Origin: Octopus bimaculoides
Taxonomy: Eukaryota
Assembly: GCF_001194135.2 (NCBI RefSeq)
Contig: NC_068990.1
Span: forward strand, 71,864,685-71,928,684
Length of the DNA: 64,000 bases
Direction of reading: 5' to 3'
Of this stretch, positions 1 to 13,054 are shown piece by piece. Each line of letters begins with the position of its first letter. The stretch's first letter is position 1. Both the position numbers and the translations under genes were made by a program. The notes beneath the pieces are model-generated. The model saw nothing but the letters and a program-made list of their open reading frames with translations. It had not been told where the DNA came from and ran no database searches.

Positions 1-216
1 AAATATAGTGTTGTGGAAAAAATAAAATCCCAAATATTATACTGTAAAACACAAATGTTTTTAGATTTTACTTAATAGGAAATTTTTAGTTCTTTTACAT
101 AATATTTCAGACAACCTTAAAATAGTGAATGTTTCCAACCAAACTCATCCCATTCCCAGAGAAAACTAAGATTAGATCTTTTGAAATTCTATAAATATAG
201 TTTTCACAATATCAGT

Positions 217-253
<37 letters not shown>

Positions 254-764
254 AAGAACACCGATATTATTCAATTGGGAGAAAATTTAAAAAAAAAAAT
301 TTAACAGAGAATCAAAAATGTATTTCAAAATGCATTATAATGTTACAATTAATTTTCAAAAGCAATATAAATAATTCGTTTTAAGTCCTGATTTTACTAT
401 ACAGAAAGGAAAGCAGCGATTATTAAATTGTATTAGTATCCCTTGCTTCGATCCTATTTGCCACATTGCATTATTTCTCTTTCTCATGTGTGTGAGAGAG
501 TGTGTGGATATATATATATACATATATATATATACAAACACACATACACCATACGCATATGGAGAGAGAGAGAGAGAGATTGCAGATTGGCAAAGTTGTC
601 GATGCATTGGATCGAATGTCTTTCTGTATTTGTGATGTCACTGCACTCTGAGCTCAAATCCTGCTGGGGTCAGCTTTGAGTTTTATCCTTCTGGAGTCAA
701 CAAAAAAAAAAAACATCAGTGAAGTACTGAAGTTGATCCTTCTTTGTTACTCTCTCACCCTATC

Positions 765-1915
765 TCTATCTGTCAATAACCATCCCAAATCTGGACAAAT
801 CTTCCATGACAATGGACGATGATTACATTGTGAAAGTGTGTGCTGTGATACATGAAAATCCTCACCAAACTATCCATGAACTTTCTGAAGAGGTAGACAG
901 GTAGTTTTTAGTGGTTAGAGAATTAGGGTCATAATCATAAGATTACGAATTCGGTTTGTGGTGGTATGTGGTGTCCTTGAGCAAAACTCTTTATTTCATG
1001 TTGCTTCAGTCCACTCAGCTGGCAAAAATGAATTGTACCTGTAATTCAAAGGGCTAGCCTTATCAAACTTGGTGTGTCACACTGAATTGCCATGAGAACT
1101 ACGTTAAAATTATGCATGCCAATGGAGTGCTCAGTCATATGCATGCTAATTTCATGAGCAGGTTGTTACATTGATCTTATCAATTCGAACACCTCATCAT
1201 CATAACTGATGGACAGCCAGATCAGGCATTTGCATAAGTTCATACTGCATGATTTAAAAAGAAAAGCATGCCATGTCTGCTCTTAGAGTACCAAGAGCTG
1301 TTTGATAATTCCAATGCTGATAATTCCAATGCTAAGTGTCATAGCAAGTGATGAAGCATGAGTGTATAATTATGTCACTGAAACAAAATGATAACAGTAA
1401 CAGGACACTGGATTATCATCACTGCAATCCCACAAACAAATAAAGCACTTCAGAGTTGCTCAAATGTTAAGGTAATGATGAGAATATTTTTTCTAATGGG
1501 AAGAGTGTTGCTCATTATGAATTTGTTCTACATGGCCAATGAAGAACTTCATTTGGATGCCCAGAAACATTTTGGAAGAAGCAATACAAAAGATGTCAGA
1601 AGTATGGACAAACAAAACCTAGATATTGTGGCATGACAACACACTAGCATATCACTCCTTATTCATCACATTTTGGTAAAGCACAAAAATGCTCAGATTA
1701 CTAACCACCCTACTCTCAGGAGAGAGATTTTCCGGACCCAAAAGTTTAAATCCAATCTGAAAGATAACTGATATCAGATCATAGAATAAATTAAAGAACT
1801 GAGCAGTGCCCAGAAAAAAAAAAGTTCTTGAATGCATTTCAAACCTAGTGAGGTGGGGATTGAAAGATGTATCATTAAAGAAAGGAGATATTTTGAAAGA
1901 AACAATTTTGTTTAA
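765..1915 (+). mobile_element. Degraded mariner (DD34D-type) transposase, interrupted by a SINE
   Basis: Manual translation across stops and frameshifts gives DYIVKVCAVIHENPHQTIHELSEEV (HTH), VIASDEA*VYNYVTETK (first catalytic D), KALQSCSNVKVMMRIFF, WHDN (second D) and terminal ERCIIKERRYFE. Confidence 0.85.
900..1222 (+). mobile_element. tRNA-headed CORE-like SINE (family G) inserted in the mariner relic
   Basis: Degenerate pol III head, core GTGTCCTTGAGCAAAACTCTTTATTTCATGTTGCTTCAGTCCACTCAGCTGGCAAAAATG, body homologous to 25785-26130. Confidence 0.8.
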
Positions 1916-2104
1916 ACTTTAAGTAAAGCAATGATTTTGTTTTTAAGATAAATCTGTTTCTTTTTTGGATAGATCTCATTCTATACATACAAACATTCTA
2001 CATTACATATGAAAGAGAATATTCTAAGTATATAATTTTTCTGGAATTCTATTTATTTTGGCATTAAATCTATTATCATTTCTGACATATAACTAGGGTT
2101 TGCA

Positions 2105-2905
2105 ACTGCTACAGATACCAATATATTCTTTGTGGTTGACCTAAAGATCTATGCTAAAAATGTTTACAATGCCAGAAAACAGCTGGAGTTAATTACAACA
2201 TTTTCAGTTGACACAGGAATGGAATTTGGCCAAAAGAAATGTTCGTAGTTGATTGTTGAACATGGAAAATCAGTACCCCAAACCCAGTGCCTGTGTATCA
2301 ACAGTCTCCTTGTCGTTCCTGTTGCACACAAAGAATGCTACAAATATCTAGTCATTGATGAAAACAGTATATGAAAGTGTTGTGAATAAAGATAGAATGA
2401 CTCAGTAATATTACATCAGATTCAGAAAAATATGGCAGTCAGAACTCTTCTTTTACATCGAGACAATATTTCACAATGCATTCGCAGTACCAGTGCTGAT
2501 TCTAACATTTGGGATGCTTGACTGGTCTGCAGAGGAAATCCACTCCATAGACATTAAAACCTGCAAGATCTTGTCATCAAGTGGAAACTTCAACAAAAAT
2601 GTTGATATCGACAGGTTCTACTTAAGAAGAGATGAAGGAGGCAGAAGCTTCAAATCAATGCAGACATCATTCGAATGTCTCAGACAACACTTGCTAAACA
2701 ACAGTGGTAAAAACATATGAACTTAAATACTGAAATGCAAAGAGAACAGCCTACATGTTGGCAGTGAGCTCCTCAGAAAGTACTCTCTTCTTGACTCCCA
2801 TGCAATCCCAAAGCAGCTGAACTAACATCCCACAAAAAAAGACCTGCATGTGAAACATTCAGCATACCAAAAACAGAATGCGCATGGATAGGTTTCTTGA
2901 AAACT
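2105..2905 (+). mobile_element. R4/Dong-clade non-LTR retrotransposon RT fragment
   Basis: TNIFFVVDLKIYA (FVDD motif decayed), FSVDTGMEFGQKKC, CYKYLVIDEN, DIKTCKILSSSGNFNKNVDIDRFYLRRDEGGRSF, KQNAHG; stops and frameshifts present. Confidence 0.8.
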
Positions 2906-2914
2906 TGAGGGTAA

Positions 2915-3142
2915 CACTAGTATTGATTTCAAATTTTGGCACAAGGCCAGCGATTTAGGGGAAGATGGGTAAGGCAATTACATTGACTCCAGTACTCAAC
3001 TGGTACTTATTTTATTGACCCTGAAAGGATAAAATGTAAAGTCGACCTTGGCGGAATTTGAACTCAGAACATAAAAGCAGATGAAATGTCATCAAGCATT
3101 TTACCCAACATGCTAACGATTCTGCCAACTCATCGCCTTAAG
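2915..3142 (-). mobile_element. SINE family B, full length
   Basis: Reverse complement has B-box-like GAGTTCAAATTCC, central CTTTCAGGGTCAATAAAATAAGTACCAGTTGAG and tail GGCCTTGTGCCAAAATTTGAAA. Confidence 0.85.
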
Positions 3143-3479
3143 TGATACTAATATTGACATGAAGTGCAATCTTCTTTGGACTTGTGACTGCTACATCACA
3201 TCACACTTTGAAGGCTGTGTGCTAACAGTGGGGCCATTAACTCAGTAACTGAAACCAGTAGAAGAATCTATTTGTTGTGTTCTTTATCCAATAAAGCTAT
3301 ACCTGGAAGCTGAATTCTATTACTTTATCTTCTCTCCATCATTCTGTCTGTTTGTTTCTCTCTTTCTTCCCTTTTTCTTATTTCTATCTCTTACATATAT
3401 ACAAGCCTATGCATATGCATGTTTGGAACAAACTCCTTGTCTAATGACTTGTATAAAAAGGATTAGAAAGAAATTGAAA

Positions 3480-3480
3480 G

Positions 3481-3570
<90 letters not shown>

Positions 3571-3572
3571 AA
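3480..3572. repeat. Compound (GA)n(TA)n(GA)n microsatellite
   Basis: Direct reading. Confidence 0.95.
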
Positions 3573-4274
3573 AGATATGAAAGGGAGAGAAACTAACAGA
3601 GAGGGAAAGTATCGCTTACATACAAAGATCAATGTCTACTATTGAATGTATAATGAAATATTAACTGAAGATTTGCTCAAATACAATAATAAAATCTAAC
3701 TTGATTCATGCTAAAATGTCAGCACTAAGAAGTGCATCCTTCAACAGAGCTTCAGTTGAAGTCAGACAGACAGTACATGTGACAAGTTTGTCATGAGTAC
3801 AAATATGACAATGTCTTGTGAAGACACGTTTGTCTAACCAATTCCTGCAGAGGAAATACAAATGTAAAAATATGTTGACAATTCTGTCAGTAATTCAACT
3901 CAGACACTGAAGAAGTTTAAATAAGTTTATAAAAGTTATATCTATAACATAAAAGAATGTAGTGAGTTCAGTAGTTAAAAATACTGATTACTTGATCTGA
4001 AAGTCAAGAGTTCAATCCTTAAAATTGATAGCATTATGTTTCCCTTGTTGGATTTTTTATATTAAAAAAATTTTTTTTGTAAGTCTTACAATGGTAATGT
4101 TCATTATCCTTTTCTGAGAATGGTGGATGAAACGGAGAAAGTTATCTTCCTCATATTGGAGAATTGACACAAATGTTTACAACAGAGTGGACTATATTAA
4201 AAGACACCGGAGGGGAAAGTAGTAGTGTTTAATTGGATGACAGGTTAAACCTACCAACTAAGAATACAAATAGC

Positions 4275-4442
4275 TTTCCTGACAGGCTTCCATACAGTTT
4301 CCATGTGCCAAATTTCATTTACAAAGCTTTGGTCAACCTGAAACTATTGTAGAAGACATTTGATGTCCAGAGACTCATGCAGTGGGATTGAGCCCAGAAC
4401 CATGTAGTTGCAAGGTCAACTTCTTAACCACACAGCCATACT
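4275..4442 (-). mobile_element. SINE family A head (tRNA-like A/B boxes)
   Basis: Reverse complement starts TATGGCTGTGTGGTTAAGAAG...GGTTCTGGGCTCAATCCCACTGCA, as in the other A copies. Confidence 0.75.
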
Positions 4443-5132
4443 AAAGCCAATCTGGAAAACAGTACTATTACTTTTAAGACAGAGATGATAATATCTATGT
4501 AGTAACTGCAAAAGTAGCTCCATATTTACATGTAAATGTTCAAAACTTTTGCATTTATTCAACGAAAGCTATCCTGAGATAATGGAAGTCAAATGTTTTG
4601 AAAACAATAACAGAAAGCAAGTCAGCAATTTGAAAGCATCGGTTATTAATGAAGGGAAATGAGTTTTGCTCTCTATGCACTTAACTATATTCCATATATT
4701 CTAAAAGCAACTTAATGTATTCACAATTAGTGAAAAATCAAAGGGAAAGCAGAATAAATGCGTATACAGTTCATATACCTCATATTCACCAGTTTTTGTA
4801 TTCAGTGCATTTAAATTCATTTTTATATTACAGCAAACCAAAAAAATAGGGGGAAAAAAATAAACGCCAGATCATAAAATGTCAGGGTTTCCAGAAAATA
4901 ACAACATTTAATACAATGAAGTCTAAAGTTTTAAAAGACAGTAGCTTCATATAATCTCATTTAAAAATTTCAAACAGTTAATATGTATATTCAAAGAGAC
5001 TAATATACCTACAGCATAAAGAAGGACAGTAGAATAGAAAATAGGTAAACATTATATGGAGTACTTTGTGGTATGTAATTACATCCTTTTAATATTTCGA
5101 TTTAAATTCTTGTACAGGTCATCTTTGCTATT

Positions 5133-5815
5133 CATCATCATCACCATTTAACATCTGTTTTCCATGCTGGCATGGGTTGGAAAGTTTGACAAAGTTGGTA
5201 AGCTGGGGAGCTGCACTAGACTCCAGTCTGATTTGGCATGGTTTCTATAGCTGGATACCCTTCCTAACGCCAACCACTCCAAGAGTGTAGTGGGTGCTTT
5301 TTACATGCCACTGGCGCAGGTGCCAGTTATGAAACATTGGTATTGGCCATGACTATGATCTCACTTGGTTGGACAGGTCTTCTCAAGCACGGTATATTGC
5401 TAAAGGTCTCGGTCATTTGTCACTGCCTTTGTGAGGTCCAAAATTTGAAGGATGCATTTTATGTGCCACCATCACAGGTGCCAGTTATGCAACACTGACA
5501 TCTGCCATAACTACAATTTCACTTGGCTTGACAGGTCTTCTCAAGCACAGCATATCGCCCAACATTTGAAGGGTGCTTTTTTACATGCCAGTTACATGAC
5601 ACTGGCATCGGCCACAATTGCAATTTCATACATCATCATTTAATGTCTGTTTTCTATGCTGGCTTGGGTTGTATGGGTTGATTGGAGCTTGTAAACCAGA
5701 GGGCTGCACCAGACTCCAGTTGTCTATTCCGGCATGGTTTCTACAGCTGGATGCCCTTCCTAGCACCAGGCACTTTACAGAATGTATTGGGTGCTTTTTA
5801 CATGGTGCTGGCACT
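5133..5815 (-). mobile_element. Two tandem RTE-LINE 3' UTR/tail fragments
   Basis: Both begin on + with (CAT)n TTTAA..TGTTTTCCATGCTGGCATGGGTTG (5133, 5630), the reverse complement of the tail attached to RT-coding copies at 32125 and 57100. Confidence 0.85.
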
Positions 5816-6818
5816 GATTGTTTTTTTTTTTATGTGGCCATGCATCAGGTGAAAGGTTTGAGTATGAGGCGATAGAGATAGCTGTCTTATTACGGTGGAG
5901 AAACTTGGCTACTCTAGTAAGACAAGGAAGCAGAGGTAGGTGCAAGAGAGAGAGAGAGAGAAAGACATACAGAGACAGGGAACAATGGAAGTGGGAGAAA
6001 GAGGTTATAAGTGGCACAGAGGGGAAATAGTATGAATTAAGAGCTGCGAAGTGGGGTGGGTAAATGTAATCACCTAAACCCTTGAAGTGGGTATCCCAGC
6101 TTGGCTACAGTCCAATGACCACAACTAGTAAAAGAATAAGTTTATAAAATAGAGGTAAAACTGATTCATGATTGATTGAATTTAATTCAAAGTAGCCCAA
6201 AACCTCTGGTAAACATGTTCAAAGTAGAACAGCGCATCATCGAAATAGTGAAACTAGAGATTAAAACAAACGAAAGAAAAACTGAATGAATAAATAAATA
6301 GATAAATCAATCAAATATTAGAATATCATTTCTTTTGAAATGTTCACAAAACCTAGATTTGCAAGTCAAATCAAAGAGGATCTTAAATATACTATTGAAT
6401 ACATTAAAATTGAAATATTAAATCTCAACCAGATTAGAACATTCATTTTCCATTTAGGAATTTATATATTCATTTAGCATAGTGGATTTGATATTAGAAA
6501 CTTGGTCAGGAATAAATATGGTTTCATAAGACAAAATTTATAAAATAATAAATAAAATAAAAAATAAATGAAAGATAAGATGAATTAAGAATGTTTCTGC
6601 TGTGAAGATATATAGGCAGAAAGACATTATAGCAAAGAATGAAGAAGCTTTGAACAGCTGTTTAAATTTAGGAACCACCCTTAAGTATTGCTCACATATG
6701 TGAACTAGAACAAGCCACATCATAGGTTACATACATACAAACAATGGTTATCCATATGAAAAGCAGCATTTATTACACTAACACTTTAAAATGCTAATCA
6801 ATCATCCATATGTCCCCC

Positions 6819-6822
<4 letters not shown>

Positions 6823-6878
<56 letters not shown>
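6823..6878. repeat. (CT)n microsatellite
   Basis: Direct reading. Confidence 0.95.
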
Positions 6879-6881
<3 letters not shown>

Positions 6882-7282
6882 ACTTTACTACACCTAGTAA
6901 GCACTGGAGGAATATCCATGGGTAATGGATGTTCAGTTTCATATTTAATTACTTGCAGCCGACTGCATTTAAAGGGATTAATTGATTAGAAAAGATGCTG
7001 CAATTTTATCATTAAATAAATAATGAAATATACATAGAATGATATAACTACATGCAATTTATACATGGAAAGTTAAATTTATATCTATAGAATTTAGTTA
7101 ACTAAACAACCTGTATGTTTGTATTTTGTTTTAATGAAACAGGCAATAAAAATATAGCAGTTAATTGCCTTTGATGTGCATGTAAGGATATAGAGAAACA
7201 GACAGACAGAGAGAGAGAGAGAGAAGCAGGCAGGCAGGCATGCAGACAGACAGAGACAGAAAAATACAAAATACTATCATTT

Positions 7283-7760
7283 TATATTAGACGATTTCTG
7301 CTCCTCTGAACTTCCTGGTAGTACATTTCCCCCATCAAATTTACCAATTCCTTGAGTGTTGGGCAGAATGCCTCATAGCATTTGTTTCAACTCTTTGCAC
7401 ACTGAGTTCAAATCTCACCAAAATAAACCATGCCTTTCATCCTTTTGCGGTTGATAAAAGGAGCACCAATTTGGTGTGTTGGATTTGTAGAAATGAAAGA
7501 GGGTCAGGAAAGATGACTCGCAGTATCTGCTCAAGCTGTTTGTGTTCTGGCAGCAACGTCTTTGACAACACTGGTGCCAGGATGTATGAGCCCAAGTCAG
7601 TTGTCTTTCTCTTGGGTGAACACAGGTGACCTGGAGAAGAGAAACATGCATGTATGGGCAACAGCCAATCTTCTTTGAAAAATTTTACCCAGATCTGTGC
7701 ATACTTGTGTAGATGTGAGATCAACTTTGATTGATGAGGATGCCCTCTATATACTACACC
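7283..7760 (-). pseudogene. Unidentified coding-like relic interrupted by a SINE-B fragment
   Basis: Reading frame GVVYRGHPHQSKLISHLHKYAQIWVKFFKEDW...FPDPLSFLQ; after removing the SINE and one frameshift it continues NPTLKELVNLMGEMYYQEVQRSRNRLI*. No family recognised. Confidence 0.35.
7356..7482 (+). mobile_element. Truncated SINE-B with 7-bp flanking direct repeat
   Basis: CTGAGTTCAAATCTCACC...GCCTTTCATCCTTTTGCGGTTGATAAA; GTGTTGG at 7356-7362 and 7476-7482. Confidence 0.7.
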
Positions 7761-7768
7761 ATATTAAT

Positions 7769-8106
7769 GTAAAGAACTCCTTCGGTTATGAATGAATATG
7801 GGATTGCAACTAGAGAGTTCCTATCTGAGGCACAAGTCCAGGCAAGGTTGTTTATGTTAGACTAGCAGTCACCCATGCATACCAGCCTCACCTCTCCACA
7901 CTACTGATGTTATGCAAGCGAAAGGCAAATGCCGATACAGCTTGGCACTAGTGACGACATAACTCGTTTCTACAACTGAGTGAACTGGAGCAACATGAAA
8001 TAAAGTGTCTTGCTCAAGAACACAACACACAACCTAGTCTGGAAATCGAACTCACTACCTCATGATTGTGAGCCCAACACTCTAACTATTGAGCCATGTG
8101 CCTTCA
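7769..8106 (-). mobile_element. Full-length tRNA/CORE-type SINE (family C; resembles octopus OR-type SINEs)
   Basis: Head GAAGGCACATGGCTCAATAGTTAG...GAGTTCGATTTCC, core TTCTTGAGCAAGACACTTTATTTCATGTTGCTCCAGTTCACTCAG; 9-bp TSD CATATTAAT at 7760-7768 and 8107-8115. Confidence 0.85.
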
Positions 8107-10994
8107 CATATTAATCTAGTAATTAAATTAATCTAGAACCATATTGATATCATCAACTTAAACTCCACTAGACTAATACCTTTAGTTATATGGGCTATAA
8201 TATTATTATACTACACAGCACCCCACTAGTCTACTTGGATATGAGTGGGAAGGAGAGAGGTGTCTTCAAATTGGAGACCTGGTCTGAAAGCTTGCAACAA
8301 AGTGGACTCCACTTATACTGCACTTAAAAGCCAAGGATGATGGATTAAATCTGTTACCCAGGTAAGTCATGGTAGGATTTGAACTCAGAACATTAAAGAT
8401 CTAGGCCCACAAGGCATCTCTTTTGATGCTCAAACGTTTCCACCAGTCCACTGCCCAACACTGGTACTGTATTTTCTGGCATACAAGTCCATGTAGCATA
8501 TAATGCAAATACATAGTGTAAAGATTCAAACATCATTATCTTTCCAAATCCTACTGCATTTCACTTGAAAGTTTTGGTCTTCCAAAGTCATTTTGGTGTA
8601 TATGTGGGCCTACCTCATGGTCTCAAAAATTCGGCTTGTATGTCAAAAAATACAGTACTTCATTAACTTTTGAAAGAATGAAAGAAAACTAAATCATTCA
8701 TAATCAGCATCACTACATTCCTTCTGTTCACTATTTCTCTCTCTTTCTTTTTCTCTCACTCTCTAACCATCACAAATGTGTTTTTTTCACTAGCTGGTTT
8801 TAAAGACCAGATCCACTCCAAACTGCATTATCTACATTGTACAAAAATTTTGACCTGATCCCACAGGAATTAATTCCCTTGCTTCTTTATATTAAGAGTT
8901 GAATGAAAGGAGTAGCAACCTTATCTCACAGGAAAACAAAAACAAAAAAAAAAACCAATATGCTACATGAACCGTCAAAAGATGGCTCAATAGAAAGTGT
9001 AGCAGGGAAAAATAAGGAAGAAGAGAATTTTTTTTATCTATTTATTGCTTGAATAACCTTAGTTGATTGAAGTTTTACAACTCCACTATATAATGTATGT
9101 GTGTTACCCTACCATAGTTATATTATAAATATGACAGAGGTTGTTCTGTAATGTTTTAATTTTTTATTAGGTATTAATTTCATAAATTATTCATTTTTGA
9201 TGTTCTGAATGAGAAGTGAAAAATTACAAGACATTGTAATGGATATTTTGCAGAGTACTGTCACTTAAAACTGGCTGTTATTTTTGTAGGTCATCACCAC
9301 AGGTGGGTAAAATACATTTACTGAATCCCCCCAAGGATTCTTAATAGCTATGTGCATGTACACATAAACACAAACACCTGTGCAAAATGATAGTAAATTA
9401 TAGGGTGTTTGTTAGAGAACTAAAATTTTAAGTATGTATTAAGTGGAAACAAATAGTAAGATATAAATGAGGGAAGATTAGCAATGAAAGAACATTAGTG
9501 AAAAGGCTAAAACTCAGATTATCTATAAAACCATATGCAATTAAATGTGTGTGTGTGTGTGTGTGTGCATGTATTTATATGAGCACACATGTATTTATGT
9601 ATGTGTATATGCTGGATGAAAGAAACTATGCTCTAAAGTCAGCTATAAGAAGTTGGACCATTCATTGCTAGCATCAATGCTGCTTGAAGGTACCAACATC
9701 ATCACAATCACCTATCTACAACTAATGAATGGAATGTGAATGTGTGTATAAAATTATAAACTTAAGAAGCTTTAAGGTATGAATTTACTGAGGCTCCTCT
9801 CCTATAAACCACCTCTTAATCTGTTCGTTAAACTTTCATAATATGCAGATTATTTGGTTTTCTTTAAAGAAGTTCATGACCTGAAAGAGCTTAAGCTGAA
9901 TGACCTGAGAGAAATGTGGTCAAGAAAAAGTTAATAGTAAACAACTAGAGCCATTAAGTCACAGAAATATCATGATAGGATAAGGTATATGAATGAACAA
10001 AAATAATAGTCAAATTTCAAACCTAGAAAACAACAAAAGGTATATTCTCCTGAAATGACTGCACCAACAATGAGAGCAAGCAAGGATTAAAGGCAACACA
10101 ATCTGGGATTCAAACGTAGACATTAATTAGCAATAGGTGTTGAGCTAGAAATGCAGTACGACTCCACTATGTGCCTAAAAAGAAAATCTTTCAAACAAGG
10201 TATGAATAAGTTTTAGATGTCATAAGAGCCTTTGGAAATGGCTGCAATAAATATAACACTACAAGACAACCCTATTGAGTAAACCTATAGTCAAAAGCTT
10301 TCAGCCATTATTACCCTGTTTCCTCAAGACACCTAGGACTACATTATCCAATGTATTCTTTATTTAAGACATACTATGTGCATGTTTGTTTTAGAGAAGG
10401 CGCACCATATCACCACATGTTGCAAGTGGAAACTAAAAGGGTTACTGTCATGCAGAGCACTGGGCATTAAATGCTGCCATGAAAACCTGTCCAACACATG
10501 CCAGCATAGGAAATTGTATGTCAAACAATGTTTCTTTATTTAAAACAGTAGACTGTAACCAAAGGGAGGTTTGGCTGCTGTTTCTAGTGGGCTGAGTGAT
10601 CTCATAATGGCATCCTCATGAAACTATGCCATTATTGCTGCTGATGTTTAGTGCCATGTCATCCTCAATCAAGCAAACCTATGGCCAAAGGTGTTTCAAA
10701 TGTAACCATCCTATCTTTTGATTGCAACACTGAACTTTTACAGGGGCAAACACAACATGCCAGTTATGATGACTGACAGTTACAACAACAATAGATGGAC
10801 AATAGGTGTCACAGTGTAACTGAAGATAATATGTTGTTTTGCAATTGATTAAACCTCAGCTAGCTTTGTTTATCTCCGTAATCTCAAACTAATTGGAATA
10901 ACAGACGTAATTAAAACTAAAAACACTTGTCACATCACTGAAGGAACCATATGAGTGAGTGAGTGAAGTGGTATGACTCGTGAATTCACAGCAG

Positions 10995-11212
10995 GTCTAC
11001 ACTAAACCAATGAAGGAACTTCTATGCAATCACTCAAAATGCTAGAAATAGCAGTCAGAACTTCCCTCAAATCATTGCCTGCTGTCTTAAAATGCAATGA
11101 ATACATTCAGTAGTACGTATAGTCCGAGAAAGCCTTAAAAGTTTGGCTGACTTGACTATCTCTGATCATGGATTTGCACGTTCAGGTCTGACCCAGGGCT
11201 AAACGACAATAT
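10995..11212 (+). repeat. Unclassified interspersed repeat family E
   Basis: GCTAGAAATAGCAGTCAGAAC...GACCCAGGGCTAAACGACAA, matching many other copies; strand set with the (AAC)n end as 3'. Confidence 0.75.
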
Positions 11213-11597
11213 GAGGTGTTGTGAAAGCTGTACCTCCATTCTACCAGCTAGTGCAAGTAATAACATGTAATTAGACATGTTTGATGTGAATTAATTAACT
11301 AGTAGTAGTAGAAAACAAGCAATAAAAGCAGCCGTAAGAGATTCCACAAAATCCTCATTAACAACTATGGCAAAAATTGATGGCTGTGGCTTGCTTGTTT
11401 TCTTTCATAATGAAAATATATAAATAAATACAAATATACATTATGCGTGTGCATGTGCGTGCATGCAATGAAACAAAAACAACAAAGACCATTAGATATT
11501 ATTGTTGTTTGTTGTTGCAGTTGGAGATGTTCACTTGTAATCTCTGTGTTGTTTTTTAAATATCTTCAGGTTAACTGAAATTTCAGATGTAAAAGCT

Positions 11598-11642
11598 TCA
11601 GCTTGGAAATCCTATTGCTGCAACATCATCATAATCTGATGA
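11598..11642 (-). other. Candidate splice acceptor and terminal exon start
   Basis: Minus strand TTTTGTTTCTACTTCCTGTTTTTAG|TCATCAG; reads SSDYDDVAAIGFPS* (phase 0) or HQIMMMLQQ* (phase 2). Confidence 0.3.
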
Positions 11643-11761
11643 CTAAAAACAGGAAGTAGAAACAAAACTTATAAACTATTTCTTAAATCAATAATGCAGG
11701 ATACAAATGAATACAGAAAGAATTTAGAACTTGCTTCAACATGTTCACAAGCATACATCTG

Positions 11762-11799
<38 letters not shown>

Positions 11800-11935
11800 A
11801 ATAGCTGTGTGTAAATGTATGTATGTGTATATATTGTATGCATGTGTATATGTATGGAGGTGCAAGCATGGCTGAATGTAGGGCCATGTTAACATTATAG
11901 AACCCCAGGCAATTCAATGCACTGGGCCCTATATC

Positions 11936-12255
11936 ATCATCATTATTTAATATCCGTTTTCCACGCTGGCATGGGTTGGATGATTTGACATCAGCAGGCC
12001 AACCAGAGAGCTGTCCAGACTCATCTCTGTTTTGGCATGGTTTCTATGGCTGGATGCCCTTCCTTACGTGAACCACTTTACTGAGTGTGCTGGGTGCTTT
12101 TTACGTGCTACCAACATGAGCGCATTATGCATGGCACCAGCATCTGCAAAGGACATGCCTGTATGTATGGAAGGCTGTGATTTTACTCAGCTTGACATGT
12201 CTTCTCAGGTACAGCAAATTGTCACAAGTCTCAGTCCCTTGTCATTTCCTCAGTA
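11936..12255 (-). mobile_element. RTE 3' UTR/tail fragment
   Basis: (CAT)n...TCCGTTTTCCACGCTGGCATGGGTTGG...GGGTGCTTTTTACGTG. Confidence 0.8.
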
Positions 12256-12745
12256 ATGGTTAAGGAGTTTGATTCACAACCACTAGGTCCTGGGTTCAAT
12301 CTCTCAGTGCAACAAATTGCACAAATGTCATTTTCTCTAACCTCAGGTGAAGCCATTCCTTGTGAATGAAACTGAGTTGAAAAAATCTGCATGGAAGCTG
12401 TGCAGGATGCATTCTACCTCTAATTCAAGCATTACAGCTTTGTCATATATGCACACCATGTTACGCTGATTCTGCCTGCAAATTATATTAAGGGTGTGTG
12501 TAGAACACTAAGTCACGTACATGTTAATTCAGGAGTAGGTAATCCAGTTGGTGTGTGTTTGTTCCTCCACCATTGTTTGACAACCGATGGTGGTGTGTTT
12601 ATATCCCCATAATTTAGTGGCTCAGGAAAAGAGACCGATAGAATAAGTACTGCGCTTACAAAGAATAAGTCCTGGGGTCGATTTGTTTGACTAAAGGCGG
12701 TGCTCCAGCATGGCTGTAGTCAAATGATTGAAACAAATAAAAGAA
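12255..12745 (+). mobile_element. Composite SINE: tRNA-like head, family-G body, family-A 3' half
   Basis: Head GGTTCAATCTC; 12410-12545 similar to the G body; 12550-12745 close to A 3' half ending AATGATTGAAACAAATAAAAGAATA. Confidence 0.7.
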
Positions 12746-13017
12746 TATATATAACATACAAACATAGGTATGCATATATCCAAATACAAATATATATGTA
12801 TAATTACATTTGTGTGCACACAAATATATACCATACACTCAGAAATTTACATATACACTTACATACATACGCATATAATTCCACATGACAGGCTGACACA
12901 CTCACATACACAGACAAGATGAAGTAAATATTGATTTTTTCCTTGGGGCCATGTTTGACATATTCAGTATATTTCTACCTGGGAATCATTAGTTAGGTTA
13001 TTCATTTCTTTTTATTA

Positions 13018-13018
13018 C

Positions 13019-13053
<35 letters not shown>
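13018..13053. repeat. (AAT)n microsatellite
   Basis: Direct reading. Confidence 0.95.

Positions 13054-13054
<1 letters not shown>

Noticed and set aside
7769-8106. tRNA-like A/B boxes here and in other SINE heads as possible tRNA genes
   Set aside because: No full cloverleaf or acceptor stem; they continue into SINE bodies
9870-10290. Purine-rich stretch with protein-like patches
   Set aside because: Multiple stops in all frames and no motif I could assign
11637-11670. CTGATGA...GAAAC on the + strand
   Set aside because: No valid stem II closing pair, helix III or helix I; not a hammerhead
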